Source of the DNA: Leptonemataceae bacterium
GTDB taxonomy: Bacteria > Spirochaetota > Leptospiria > Leptospirales > Leptonemataceae
Direction: 5' to 3'
DNA: 64,000 bases
NCBI GenBank assembly: GCA_965227295.1
Contig: OZ245742.1
Span: forward strand, 1,312,001-1,376,000
Below the pieces are notes generated by a model. That model saw only the letters and a list, made by a program, of their open reading frames with translations. It did not search any database and was not told the origin of the DNA. A program made the translations under genes and the position numbers. Shown piece by piece: positions 18,529-27,199 of this stretch (within the stretch, counting starts at the first letter, position 1; each line of letters starts with the position of its first letter).

Positions 18529-19995
18529 GTGAAAACTGCGCCCTACCGATACGAGCAACTGGCGGCGCGCCTGGCGGAACGCATTCGCGAAGGCGGGCTT
18601 CCGCCGGGGGAGCGGCTGCCGTCCGTACGCGCACTCAGTCGAAAAGAACGCGTCAGCATTTCTACGGCGCTGCACGCCTATGAACTCCTGGAACGCCAGG
18701 GCCTGGTGCGATCGCGCCCGCAGTCCGGTTACTATGTGGACTACGATACCGCGGCCTATTTCCCGTCGCCGGAGGTCAGCCGCCCACCCCTGCGCCCGGC
18801 CTATGTTGATGTCGGAGAAACCATCATTGATCTACTGGCCATCGCCCGGAGCGGAGAGTACGCTCCGTTTGCTGCCGCGGTACCCGCCGAGGAGCTGCTG
18901 CCCGTGCGTCGCATGAATAAGATCATGGCGGATCTTTGCCGGCGCGCAGATAACCCCGGCCTGCGCTACGAACTACCTCCGGGGAATGCTGAATTGCGTC
19001 GCCAGCTCGGCCGGCTTTCGTTTGATCGTGGTGAAAGCCTGGGCGCGGATGATTTCATCATCACCACCGGATGCATGGAGGCGTTGAACCTCGGGTTGCG
19101 CGCCGTGGCTCGCCCCGGTGCGGTGATTGTCATCGAGTCGCCGGTGTATTACGGCATCTTGCTGACGATTGCGAGTCTCGGCATGCAGGCCCTGGAAATT
19201 CCGACGCATCCCGCCGGGGGAGTGCGTCTGGCGGAACTGGAGAAGATTCTGAAGCGCCGCCGCGTCGACGCGTGTCTGTTTTCTCCGAACTTCAACAATC
19301 CCCTGGGTTCGTTGCTGGCCGAGGAATCTAAACATGATCTTGCAAGAATCTTAGAAAAGTACAATACGCCGCTCATCGAAGACGACATCTACGGGGATCT
19401 CCATTTTGACGAAGCGCGTCCGCGGACGGTGAAGTCGTTCGATCGTAAGGGCCAGGTATTGCTGTGTTCGTCGTTTTCGAAGACGCTTGCGCCGGGCTAT
19501 CGAGTGGGGTACATCGCGCCCGGGGACCGCTGGCGACGGGACGTCGAGAAACTCAAGTTCATGAACACCGTGGCGACGAACAGTCCCGGCCAGGCGGTAC
19601 TGGCGGAATTTCTACGCGGCGGAAGTTACGATCGTCACCTGCGTAAGTTGCGCCGGGCGTTTCGGGAGCAGACGACGACAGCCCTGGCCCTGATTCGCGA
19701 AAGTTTTCCGGAAGGCACGCGCATCAGCCCGGCGCGCGGAGGCTTTGTGTTGTGGATCGAACTTCCGGAAGGCAGCGACAGTCACGTCCTGTACAATCGC
19801 GCGCTGGAACACGGCATTGCGATTCTACCGGGCCTCGCGTTTTCCAATACCGATCGTTTTCGTCGGTGCATCCGGTTGAGTTGCGGCCATCCCTGGAATG
19901 AGCGCAATCGCGCGGCGCTGCGTAAGCTCGGAGAACTGGCCGACGGTGTACGTCGCGGTACGCGGCGACGATCAGTTCGTCAGCGGCATGCGTAG
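18529..19995 (+). CDS. MocR/GabR-subfamily GntR regulator (wHTH + aminotransferase domain)
   Basis: YEQLA..L..RI..G..PGERLPSVR..VSISTALHAY..SRPQSGYYV, then IEDDIY and SFSKTLAPGYRVG; GTG start 18529. Confidence 0.93.
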   Translation: MKTAPYRYEQLAARLAERIREGGLPPGERLPSVRALSRKERVSISTALHAYELLERQGLVRSRPQSGYYVDYDTAAYFPSPEVSRPPLRPAYVDVGETIIDLLAIARSGEYAPFAAAVPAEELLPVRRMNKIMADLCRRADNPGLRYELPPGNAELRRQLGRLSFDRGESLGADDFIITTGCMEALNLGLRAVARPGAVIVIESPVYYGILLTIASLGMQALEIPTHPAGGVRLAELEKILKRRRVDACLFSPNFNNPLGSLLAEESKHDLARILEKYNTPLIEDDIYGDLHFDEARPRTVKSFDRKGQVLLCSSFSKTLAPGYRVGYIAPGDRWRRDVEKLKFMNTVATNSPGQAVLAEFLRGGSYDRHLRKLRRAFREQTTTALALIRESFPEGTRISPARGGFVLWIELPEGSDSHVLYNRALEHGIAILPGLAFSNTDRFRRCIRLSCGHPWNERNRAALRKLGELADGVRRGTRRRSVRQRHA

Positions 19996-21852
19996 ATAAC
20001 CGTCGGCGTGACTCGAGTTCGCCGCTTTGAAGGATGCATAGAGCCGTAAGAACGCGGCATCGTAAGTCAGGCGGCCGGGAGTAAGTTGATAGTTGCTGAG
20101 CTGGCCGGACAGATCGATGTTCGCGCAGGAAGTTCCGTCGGCATGGCACCGAATCAAAGCGGCTGACCCCGCTCCGCCGTGAGCAGACTCCGGATCGATA
20201 CGATAGCTGAGATACAGGCGGTTGAGCTCCGGAATAATGACGATGCCGCCGAAATGAGCGGATGGCGGCGGATTATCCGGCAGGCTGAGCCTTGTGCAGT
20301 TCTGCATGTTTGCGGAATCGCAACGCATGAGGTGCGGGCGATATTCGATGATGGGCTGGCCGCCGGAGTAACCGACAACTTCCGCCTCCGTGCCGGCACC
20401 GAAGATCTGACCGGTGCGATGATTGTAGCCGAACTTCAGGTCCTCGAAATAGTTCAGGTTCCAATTGCGTTGCTCACACGAGCCGCCACGATTATTGCAA
20501 ACCACGACGCTGCGAGAGTTGCGGCCGGTGTAGGCGATGAGTTTTCGTTCCTCGGGAATCAGCAGGGCGTTTTGTCTGCCCCGCTTACGATCGACTCCGG
20601 TGGCGAGGGGCCTGAGAGTGCAACCCGTGCCGTCAAGATTGCAGCGATGCAGATACAGCGTGGTTTCGCTGGATTCTTCGTCGTAAGCCGCACTCACACC
20701 GAGTAGTTTGCGTGAGAGAGGATCGTCTGTCACACTGGCGGGCGCGTCGGACAATTCCGCCGGCCGATACAGGGATTCGTAGGTGCAGCTTGCTGGATTG
20801 CCCGGCGTACACAGGAAGAGGGACGGGGCCCCGGGGTCCGTTATCGTGAGCAGGCGTTGCTCCAGATCATCAAAGAAGGCCGTCGGAAATTTTGGGCTGG
20901 CGTTGGGAAAACTCGAGCCGGCATCGCTGATGCTGCACGTTGTCATGGCGCCGTTGCATGCAGTGAATTCCAGAAAGCCGCTGCCTCCCATGCCTGTTGC
21001 CAGAAGTTTGCCATTGACCGCGTCGAATCCGAAGTCATCAATGCGGGACAGGCTGCCGCTGTCCGTAATAGAATGTCGCGAAACATTAGCGGGAACCACG
21101 TCGTAACCGGAAAGATCCGGCTCCACGTCGCGGACGAGCAGATACGTGGAAGCATCCCGACCGTTGCTATTGCGCAGTGTGATTTCCAGTTGTCGGTCAT
21201 AGCACCTGCCGTCGGTGCTGGTGTGGACCGTCAGACCCTGAGGGATGTCATAGTTGTCCGGTGTAAACGTAAGGCTGTTCGGACTTACGGAAAATCCGCT
21301 CGCTCCGCCCGTAATGCGACCGATGCCGGTATTGAACGTAAGGCTTTCAGCGGGCTGATGCAACAGCCGGACCGAAACGTTCGCCGTAGCGCCCTCGGAC
21401 ACAATGACGTCGCCGTAGCTCAGGACTCGTACGGGTGCTGTTCCGGCGGAGGTCACCGTAAAGCTGAGCGTGCCGCTGACGAGGCTGCCGTCCGGCAGAA
21501 CAATCAATTGAAAGGTAAACAGGGTGCCGTCGGTTTGCTCGACGTTTACAATGTAGGTGCCGGCGACCAGGCGTGTGGCAAACTGGCCCAATTCGTCCGT
21601 CTCTACTTCGATCACGAACTCCGGGCTGTCCAAAGGAGCGATGCTGAGCCGCGAGTTCGCGACGGGCGTTCCGTCCGGATCGTACAGGTAAGAAGAAACA
21701 AAGAGACCGCTTGCGCGATTTATGATGTCGGTAAAGGCAGCGGCGCCGAGGAGGTTGGCGTCCAGAAAATCGCTGCGGGGGGCGGCGTGGCAGGCTGCGA
21801 GGAAAGCGATGATGCCGGATGTAATTATAGTACGAACGTTCCCGGCCTTCAC
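19972..21852 (-). CDS. Surface lipoprotein with Ig-like domains and Cys-paired beta-propeller
   Basis: Lipobox LAAC; SLTFTPDNY Ig-like segment; six Cys-pair repeats such as HRCNLDGTGC and IRCHADGTSC. Confidence 0.7.
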   Translation of the reverse strand: MKAGNVRTIITSGIIAFLAACHAAPRSDFLDANLLGAAAFTDIINRASGLFVSSYLYDPDGTPVANSRLSIAPLDSPEFVIEVETDELGQFATRLVAGTYIVNVEQTDGTLFTFQLIVLPDGSLVSGTLSFTVTSAGTAPVRVLSYGDVIVSEGATANVSVRLLHQPAESLTFNTGIGRITGGASGFSVSPNSLTFTPDNYDIPQGLTVHTSTDGRCYDRQLEITLRNSNGRDASTYLLVRDVEPDLSGYDVVPANVSRHSITDSGSLSRIDDFGFDAVNGKLLATGMGGSGFLEFTACNGAMTTCSISDAGSSFPNASPKFPTAFFDDLEQRLLTITDPGAPSLFLCTPGNPASCTYESLYRPAELSDAPASVTDDPLSRKLLGVSAAYDEESSETTLYLHRCNLDGTGCTLRPLATGVDRKRGRQNALLIPEERKLIAYTGRNSRSVVVCNNRGGSCEQRNWNLNYFEDLKFGYNHRTGQIFGAGTEAEVVGYSGGQPIIEYRPHLMRCDSANMQNCTRLSLPDNPPPSAHFGGIVIIPELNRLYLSYRIDPESAHGGAGSAALIRCHADGTSCANIDLSGQLSNYQLTPGRLTYDAAFLRLYASFKAANSSHADGYLRMPLTN

Positions 21853-22659
21853 TTACAGCCTCCACTCAAATTCGACGAAAAATCCGCGGTCTTCGAGTTC
21901 TTTTTTTCGTCGCGCCGGACTGAGCTCCGCCGTGTTCCGACTGAAGGTATGTAGATGAAACGATGCTCCGCGATCGTTTGCATCCTCAAATCCAGGGAGG
22001 TCTTGCGTGTCGGGCGCGAAGTACGCGTCGGCCAGGTTCCAGACGTATACCGCGCCCGCGAGGAGGGCGATCCAGTCCAGACGGCGGGCCGAAGCTTCGG
22101 CGCGGGATTGGGCTTGTTGACCGAGGTCGGCAGCATAGAAACTGAACGGCAGTGTGAGCGAGACGTTGGCGTAAGATGCGACAGCGAGGTTCCGGGCGGA
22201 GTCGAGTTCCGCCTGAGCGGATCGCCACATCTTTTGCTCATTCAGGTATTGGTAACCCAACAGGAGCAGGGACGCAAGAAAAACTCCGCCCCGTACGGGG
22301 TGTTCGTTTCGCCACTGGCCCCATCCGGGAACGACGGCGGAGCGGCCCGCGGACGACCAGCCGCCGGCGGGCAGCCATTCATCGGGAACGTCGCCGGGAG
22401 AGCCGTTTTCCGGGCGCTCCCAATCCACGTCGGCGATCTCAATGCGGCTTATGTCGCGCTCGCGTACGAGGATGGTGTTCCCGTCTTCAAAGATCAGGAA
22501 ATGACCGTCGCGGCCCGGTGTGGTCTTGACGTTCTCGTACACCCGTCCGTCATGCAGGTATACCGAATCCGCGCGCAGAGAATCGCTCCCTGCGAACAGC
22601 AACGTCAGGCTCAAGAGCGCCGCCGCCAAAACGACCGCGCGGGATGTTGTGGGGATCAC
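21853..22659 (-). CDS. Exported/membrane hypothetical protein (DUF5683-like)
   Basis: Signal peptide; DSVYLHDGR N-terminal domain; RSAVVPGWGQW and YVWNLADAY motifs. Confidence 0.7.
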   Translation of the reverse strand: MIPTTSRAVVLAAALLSLTLLFAGSDSLRADSVYLHDGRVYENVKTTPGRDGHFLIFEDGNTILVRERDISRIEIADVDWERPENGSPGDVPDEWLPAGGWSSAGRSAVVPGWGQWRNEHPVRGGVFLASLLLLGYQYLNEQKMWRSAQAELDSARNLAVASYANVSLTLPFSFYAADLGQQAQSRAEASARRLDWIALLAGAVYVWNLADAYFAPDTQDLPGFEDANDRGASFHLHTFSRNTAELSPARRKKELEDRGFFVEFEWRL

Positions 22660-23540
22660 CGCTGCTCCGGTTGATCCGGTAGCGCCTCAATCTTCTTCAC
22701 TTTGTTGCGGGCTACCGTGATCGTACTGTGCTCCGTGCGCAGTTCAACGGTATCCCCTTGATCGGTCAAATAACCTTCGTAACTCCGGCCGTCCTGGAGC
22801 GTCAGTCGGACGAAGCGTGGAACGGGCCGGGCTTCCACGTCTTCGTCTGCATCTTCCTCAATCACGACCGGTGACCATCCGCGAGCAGTGGCCGCGGTTT
22901 CGTCCAGACCGGCGAGTTCGGCGACGGCTTTGCTGGAAAGCGGGCCGGGTTCCGGCAGAACGGGATCCCCTTCGGATATGGTGAGTTCCATGCGATCTTC
23001 AAGAACCACGGACGTCCCGGTCCGGGAATCGTGAACCTCCACCGGACCTTCCAGGACCTCCAGCACGGCGGCGAAGCGTGTCAGTCGCAGGCGGACGGTG
23101 GTCCCCAGGAGTTCGTATTGTACGCGCTCGGTCTGGAGGATGATGGGACGACGCTCGTCTCTGGCTTTGCGCGTGGTGACGAAAAGTGAGCCGCCCTTCG
23201 GCTGCAGGACCAGGCGGCCGGTGCTTTGCTGGAAGTGTAGTTGTGCATCCCGCGTTCCCGCTTCGAAGCGAAAACCGGCGTGGCCTGAATCGGTAAATTC
23301 CAGGACGGAACCGGGCTGGAGCCGTAACGTGTCGCCGCCATGAAAGACGACTTCGCCGTAGGCCAGGGGCCGGGCGTTGCCGTCCCGCACCAGTTCTACG
23401 GAATCCGCGCGATCCACCAGGAGCGGCCTCGGTCCGGTGCCGGAATCACTCAGCTGGACGAACGCCAGGCCGGCGACAATCAAGACCGCCGCCGCGGCAG
23501 CGTAGATCCAGGTGCGGTTCGCGGGACGGGCCGCCGGCAC
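22656..23540 (-). CDS. FecR-domain putative anti-sigma factor (true start unclear; frame open up to 23699)
   Basis: Single TM (WIYAAAAAVLIVAGLAFV); FecR-like GDTL...LGT...LEVLEGPVEV; C-terminal LTLQDGR module. Confidence 0.75.
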   Translation of the reverse strand: MPAARPANRTWIYAAAAAVLIVAGLAFVQLSDSGTGPRPLLVDRADSVELVRDGNARPLAYGEVVFHGGDTLRLQPGSVLEFTDSGHAGFRFEAGTRDAQLHFQQSTGRLVLQPKGGSLFVTTRKARDERRPIILQTERVQYELLGTTVRLRLTRFAAVLEVLEGPVEVHDSRTGTSVVLEDRMELTISEGDPVLPEPGPLSSKAVAELAGLDETAATARGWSPVVIEEDADEDVEARPVPRFVRLTLQDGRSYEGYLTDQGDTVELRTEHSTITVARNKVKKIEALPDQPEQR

Positions 23541-23613
23541 AGCCAGTTCGGTCAGAGCGGCGTCGATGCGAGTGCGGACGCGTTCGGGAATGACGGGTGC
23601 CGGGACGGCCAGA

Positions 23614-24198
23614 TCACGCCAGGGTGAGGGCCAGTGCTCCGGTTCTTCTTCCAGTAATTGTTCTTTCCGGATCGAGGCCGGCCTCGCGAAATTTCGTAAT
23701 CAGTGCGTCCAGTCCGGTCCGCATCAGCCGGTAGACTGTGGCCCGGGAAAGATCCAGCGAGGAGCAGATCTCCGGGAGTGAGCGCTGTTCCAGCAGTCGG
23801 AGCCGCAGAACCCGCCGGGTCCGCTCGGGCAGTTCGGGATCGGAAAGGGACTCCAGAAACAGCGTCCGAATTTGAGCCTGGGTCTCCTGCTCCTCCATAG
23901 AATCCGCGTCGCCCTGACGGCTATCCTCTATATCGATGGTGGCACGGGTTATCTCATTTTTTCTGCGATTGTGATGGCGGTAGTACTCATTTCGGGCCAT
24001 GCGCTTGAGGTAGTGCGCGGCCGTAGAGGCGAAGATTCGCTCCTTGCGGACCTCCTGGATGAACTTCAGGCACACGGTCTGCAACATGTCCGCCGCCGTT
24101 TCCTCGTCCCGGCTGAGGGCGCACAGGTAGCGGAAGAGCACGTCCTGCTCGCCCCGTAAAAAAGAGTCCAGTTCTGCGACGGTGAGATACTCGGCCAT
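23614..24198 (-). CDS. ECF RNA polymerase sigma factor
   Basis: Region 2 (LFRYL...AADMLQ..YLKRMARN) and region 4 HTH (LPERTRRVL...SLPEI...LSRATVYR). Confidence 0.85.
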   Translation of the reverse strand: MAEYLTVAELDSFLRGEQDVLFRYLCALSRDEETAADMLQTVCLKFIQEVRKERIFASTAAHYLKRMARNEYYRHHNRRKNEITRATIDIEDSRQGDADSMEEQETQAQIRTLFLESLSDPELPERTRRVLRLRLLEQRSLPEICSSLDLSRATVYRLMRTGLDALITKFREAGLDPERTITGRRTGALALTLA

Positions 24199-24264
24199 AC
24201 GCGGCGGCGTGCCAGCCCTGCTATCGGTATCCCCGGAACACGGAAGTGTCTCAGGGAAAAATCA

Positions 24265-24292
24265 TGTAACCGCCCTGGAGGACGGTCGTCTC
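24265..24292 (+). promoter_or_regulatory. ECF-type promoter upstream of trxA
   Basis: TGTAAC (24265-24270), 16 nt, CGTCTC (24287-24292). Confidence 0.5.
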
Positions 24293-24367
24293 AAGTCCCA
24301 CAAGCGATACCATACAGGGTATATTATTCGCGATCGAAGCATCGCCCCTGTATGCGGGAGGTACAAC

Positions 24368-24682
24368 ATGGCACAGGCAACAACCGACGCAACCTTTCAA
24401 CAGGATGTCCTCGAAAGCGACGTCCCGGTCCTGGTGGACTTCTGGGCCGAGTGGTGCGGCCCCTGTCGAGTTCTGGGGCCCGTGATCGACAACGTCTCCC
24501 AGAAGACCGAAGGCCGTGCAAAAGTATTTAAGCTCAACGTGGACGAAAATCCGGAGACGGCTCAGAGATTCGGCATCACCGCCATCCCCACGGTCCTCGT
24601 CTTCAAAGACGGCAAGCTGGATCAGTCCATCGTCGGTGTTCGTCCGGAACCGGCGTATCTGACGGCACTCAGCGCGGCTTAA
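24368..24682 (+). CDS. trxA: Thioredoxin
   Basis: VLVDFWAEWCGPC; GGAGG RBS before ATG 24368. Confidence 0.95.
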   Translation: MAQATTDATFQQDVLESDVPVLVDFWAEWCGPCRVLGPVIDNVSQKTEGRAKVFKLNVDENPETAQRFGITAIPTVLVFKDGKLDQSIVGVRPEPAYLTALSAA

Positions 24683-25691
24683 CCTGGATTTCTAACGTAA
24701 AATCACCGGATGTTACGCCCTTCGGTGCGGCGACTCCGATGAGAATATTGTAACCGTTGCGGATGGCCATGAATTTCACGGACTCCGCTTTGCCGGGTTG
24801 CGGATTGCGGTAATCCAGGGACGCTTCGCAGACGGCACTGTGGATCTCCGGCGGCACGGTGGTGGTATCGTTGGAACCGAGGCGCACGGCGTAGAGGGAG
24901 AGATCCAGGGACGGATCCTTCGGCACGGCCCTTATTTCGATGCTGCTGTTCGGCGGCAGTTGGGTGCGAAACAGGACATGGTGGCCGCGGAACTTCTCGA
25001 ACTGCGTCGCCGGGAAGCAGGCAACCTGGGAGCTATCCGCCCAACCGCGCAGGGGGATCGCCTGGCCGTTGCCGAGATTGCCCTGTACACGAACGGTATC
25101 GCCCGTTTTGCTCGCGACTTCCGTAACCTGGACCGGTCCGCTCAGTTCCGGCTCCTCCTCGCGAGTCTTTAGTTCTATCGTTAGCTGGAAGCGGCCGGAG
25201 ATAGTGCCGGCGGGGCTCGAAACCCCGATGAGCACGTTGTAGGGATTCCGGATGGCGTTCAGCCGAACCTGCTGTTCTTTTCCCGGATTCGGGCGGCCGA
25301 AGTTGTAGGAAGCCTCACACGAGACGGCGCTGCTGACGTCCGGCGGTAGATTGTAGCTGTTCGTTCCGATGGCATAGGCGAAGAGGTTTAGATCCACGCC
25401 GGCTTGAGGCTTCGCCGTGATGTTCATGATCGAGTAGGGTGGGATCTTCACGGCGTAGTAGACCGTGTGGCCACGGAAGCTCTCGAATTGCGTCGCGGGG
25501 AAACACGCCATGGAACTCCGCGCGGCCCAGCTCAGATCACCGATGGGCGCTCCTTTATTGAAGAAACCCGTTACTTGCGCAGTGCTGTTGGGCTCAATTT
25601 CGATCAATTCGACGCCGGAAGGCCAGCCGGACTCCGCCAGGAGCGGCAGGGCGGCCGAGAGGGTCAGGATGGCTGCGATTCGTGCGTACAT
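24669..25691 (-). CDS. Secreted protein with two tandem homologous beta-sandwich-like domains
   Basis: Signal peptide; duplicated WA..S..ACFPATQFE.FRGH.V and CEAS...P.PGK...V...AIRN.YN.LIGV. Confidence 0.75.
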   Translation of the reverse strand: MYARIAAILTLSAALPLLAESGWPSGVELIEIEPNSTAQVTGFFNKGAPIGDLSWAARSSMACFPATQFESFRGHTVYYAVKIPPYSIMNITAKPQAGVDLNLFAYAIGTNSYNLPPDVSSAVSCEASYNFGRPNPGKEQQVRLNAIRNPYNVLIGVSSPAGTISGRFQLTIELKTREEEPELSGPVQVTEVASKTGDTVRVQGNLGNGQAIPLRGWADSSQVACFPATQFEKFRGHHVLFRTQLPPNSSIEIRAVPKDPSLDLSLYAVRLGSNDTTTVPPEIHSAVCEASLDYRNPQPGKAESVKFMAIRNGYNILIGVAAPKGVTSGDFTLEIQVKPR

Positions 25692-25810
25692 GGGCGTGCC
25701 TCGTGCGGTAATTCTGAGACGTAAGGATGCTCTTCCGGGATCATCTGAATAGCAAAAATCCCTCCGTTGACGAGTTTGTGCCTGAAAGAGTTCCTACATT
25801 GCTGGATGAT

Positions 25811-25827
25811 TGCACCAAAAATATGCA
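25811..25827. promoter_or_regulatory. Putative enhancer (NtrC-like bEBP site)
   Basis: TGCACCAAAAATATGCA, a TGCA-N9-TGCA palindrome about 260 bp upstream of a sigma-54 promoter. Confidence 0.4.
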
Positions 25828-26082
25828 GGGATTAACTCCAGGCACCCCCAAGCAGGCCGGAAAGCCATTCTTTGGTGCGTGAACGCTGTTTGATAAAAGA
25901 TCCGCTGGATGCGTCGGCCCGGCGTTATTGATACTTTGGCGGTATAGCGGTTTAGATTCATCAAACCTTCCTGTAATGGTAATTAGCGACGTTCAGTTGC
26001 TTCGCCGTGATCTTCTATAATAAGCCACGCCTCGGGGTGTACGCGCCAATTTTCTATTGCATTTACGTGACTTTGCTCCGGG

Positions 26083-26097
26083 TGGCACGCGACTTGC
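26083..26097 (+). promoter_or_regulatory. Sigma-54 (RpoN) -24/-12 promoter
   Basis: TGGCACG-CGAC-TTGC, an exact match to TGGCACG-N4-TTGC, 50 nt upstream of the lipase start. Confidence 0.75.
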
Positions 26098-26147
26098 GAT
26101 AGCAGAATCATACAAACACAACACAGAGTTAATCCAAAAAGAGGTTC

Positions 26148-27104
26148 ATGATGAAAAAGCTGATTACAATTTTGATTTCGTTCCTGGTCACCGGCGCGGT
26201 GTACGCCGGTGGCTCGGGTTCTTCTTCCGGTCCGCTGTCCAACAGCAACCCGATCGTCCTCGGACACGGTATTCTTGGTTTCGATGATTCCGACGGCCTG
26301 CTCTTCGGCATCCTCCAGTACTGGGGCGACGTAGACGAGTATCTGCGCGACCAGGGCGCTCCGGTTCTTACCACCGGTAAAACCGCGGTTCAGGGCCTGA
26401 ACGTTCGCGCGAAACAACAGGCCGACCAGATTGCCTACTGGATGGCCGCGAACGGTTACAATAAGGTCAATTACTTCGGTCACTCCCAGGGCGGCCTCGA
26501 CGGGCGTTACATGATCACCAACTCTACCTGCGGCAACACGCAGCAGGGTTACAGCATCTGCATGCGCAACGCAGTTCGAGTATTCACGTCCATCAACACG
26601 CCGCACCGCGGCAGCCCGGTGGCTGACGTCGTGCTCAATGTTATCCCGGGCTGGCTGCAGCCTTTTGCGGCCGCGGTCCTCAACACCTTCGCAGCGCTGA
26701 TCTACTCGGACAGCCAGCAAGATCTGCTCGCCATGGCCGACTCGCTTACCGTTGCTGCCGCGAACGCTTTCAACAGCAACACGCCGAACGTATCCGGTGT
26801 GAAATACTACAGCTACGGCTCGAAAATCAACGTTCCGGACCTGATTCAGCACCCGCTGATGGGCATTACGTATCCGGCAACCTGGGCCGGCGGTCTGTTC
26901 TACGGACAGGGCGGCGCCAACGACGGTATCGTTCCGCACTCCTCGCAGAAGTGGGGAACCTGGAAAGGCGGACCGAGCATCCCGTGGACGGCCACCGGTG
27001 TCGACCACCTGCAGGCTACGAACTTCCAGTTCACCGGCCAACTGTGGTACGATGTTGACGGTTACTACCTGAAGATGGCGAAGAACGCCATGAACAACCA
27101 GTAA
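26148..27104 (+). CDS. Secreted triacylglycerol lipase (alpha/beta hydrolase, family I-like)
   Basis: Signal peptide; PIVLGHGILGF oxyanion region; GHSQG nucleophile elbow; TPHRGS; NDGIV; DHL. Confidence 0.92.
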   Translation: MMKKLITILISFLVTGAVYAGGSGSSSGPLSNSNPIVLGHGILGFDDSDGLLFGILQYWGDVDEYLRDQGAPVLTTGKTAVQGLNVRAKQQADQIAYWMAANGYNKVNYFGHSQGGLDGRYMITNSTCGNTQQGYSICMRNAVRVFTSINTPHRGSPVADVVLNVIPGWLQPFAAAVLNTFAALIYSDSQQDLLAMADSLTVAAANAFNSNTPNVSGVKYYSYGSKINVPDLIQHPLMGITYPATWAGGLFYGQGGANDGIVPHSSQKWGTWKGGPSIPWTATGVDHLQATNFQFTGQLWYDVDGYYLKMAKNAMNNQ

Positions 27105-27125
27105 TCTCCGATTACTACCAGTTAC

Positions 27126-27158
27126 GAAACCCGCGGTCTCTTCGGAGTCGCGGGCTTC
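27126..27158 (+). terminator. GC-rich hairpin after lipase (putative terminator)
   Basis: Imperfect stem GAAACCCGCGGTCTC-TTCG-GAGTCGCGGGCTTC; no strong U-tract. Confidence 0.5.
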
Positions 27159-27199
27159 CTGCGTACACCCGCTTGAGTTATGAGCAGCGTATCGAAGAT

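Noticed and set aside
20857-21954. 365-aa plus-strand ORF
   Set aside because: Antisense shadow of the beta-propeller lipoprotein gene.
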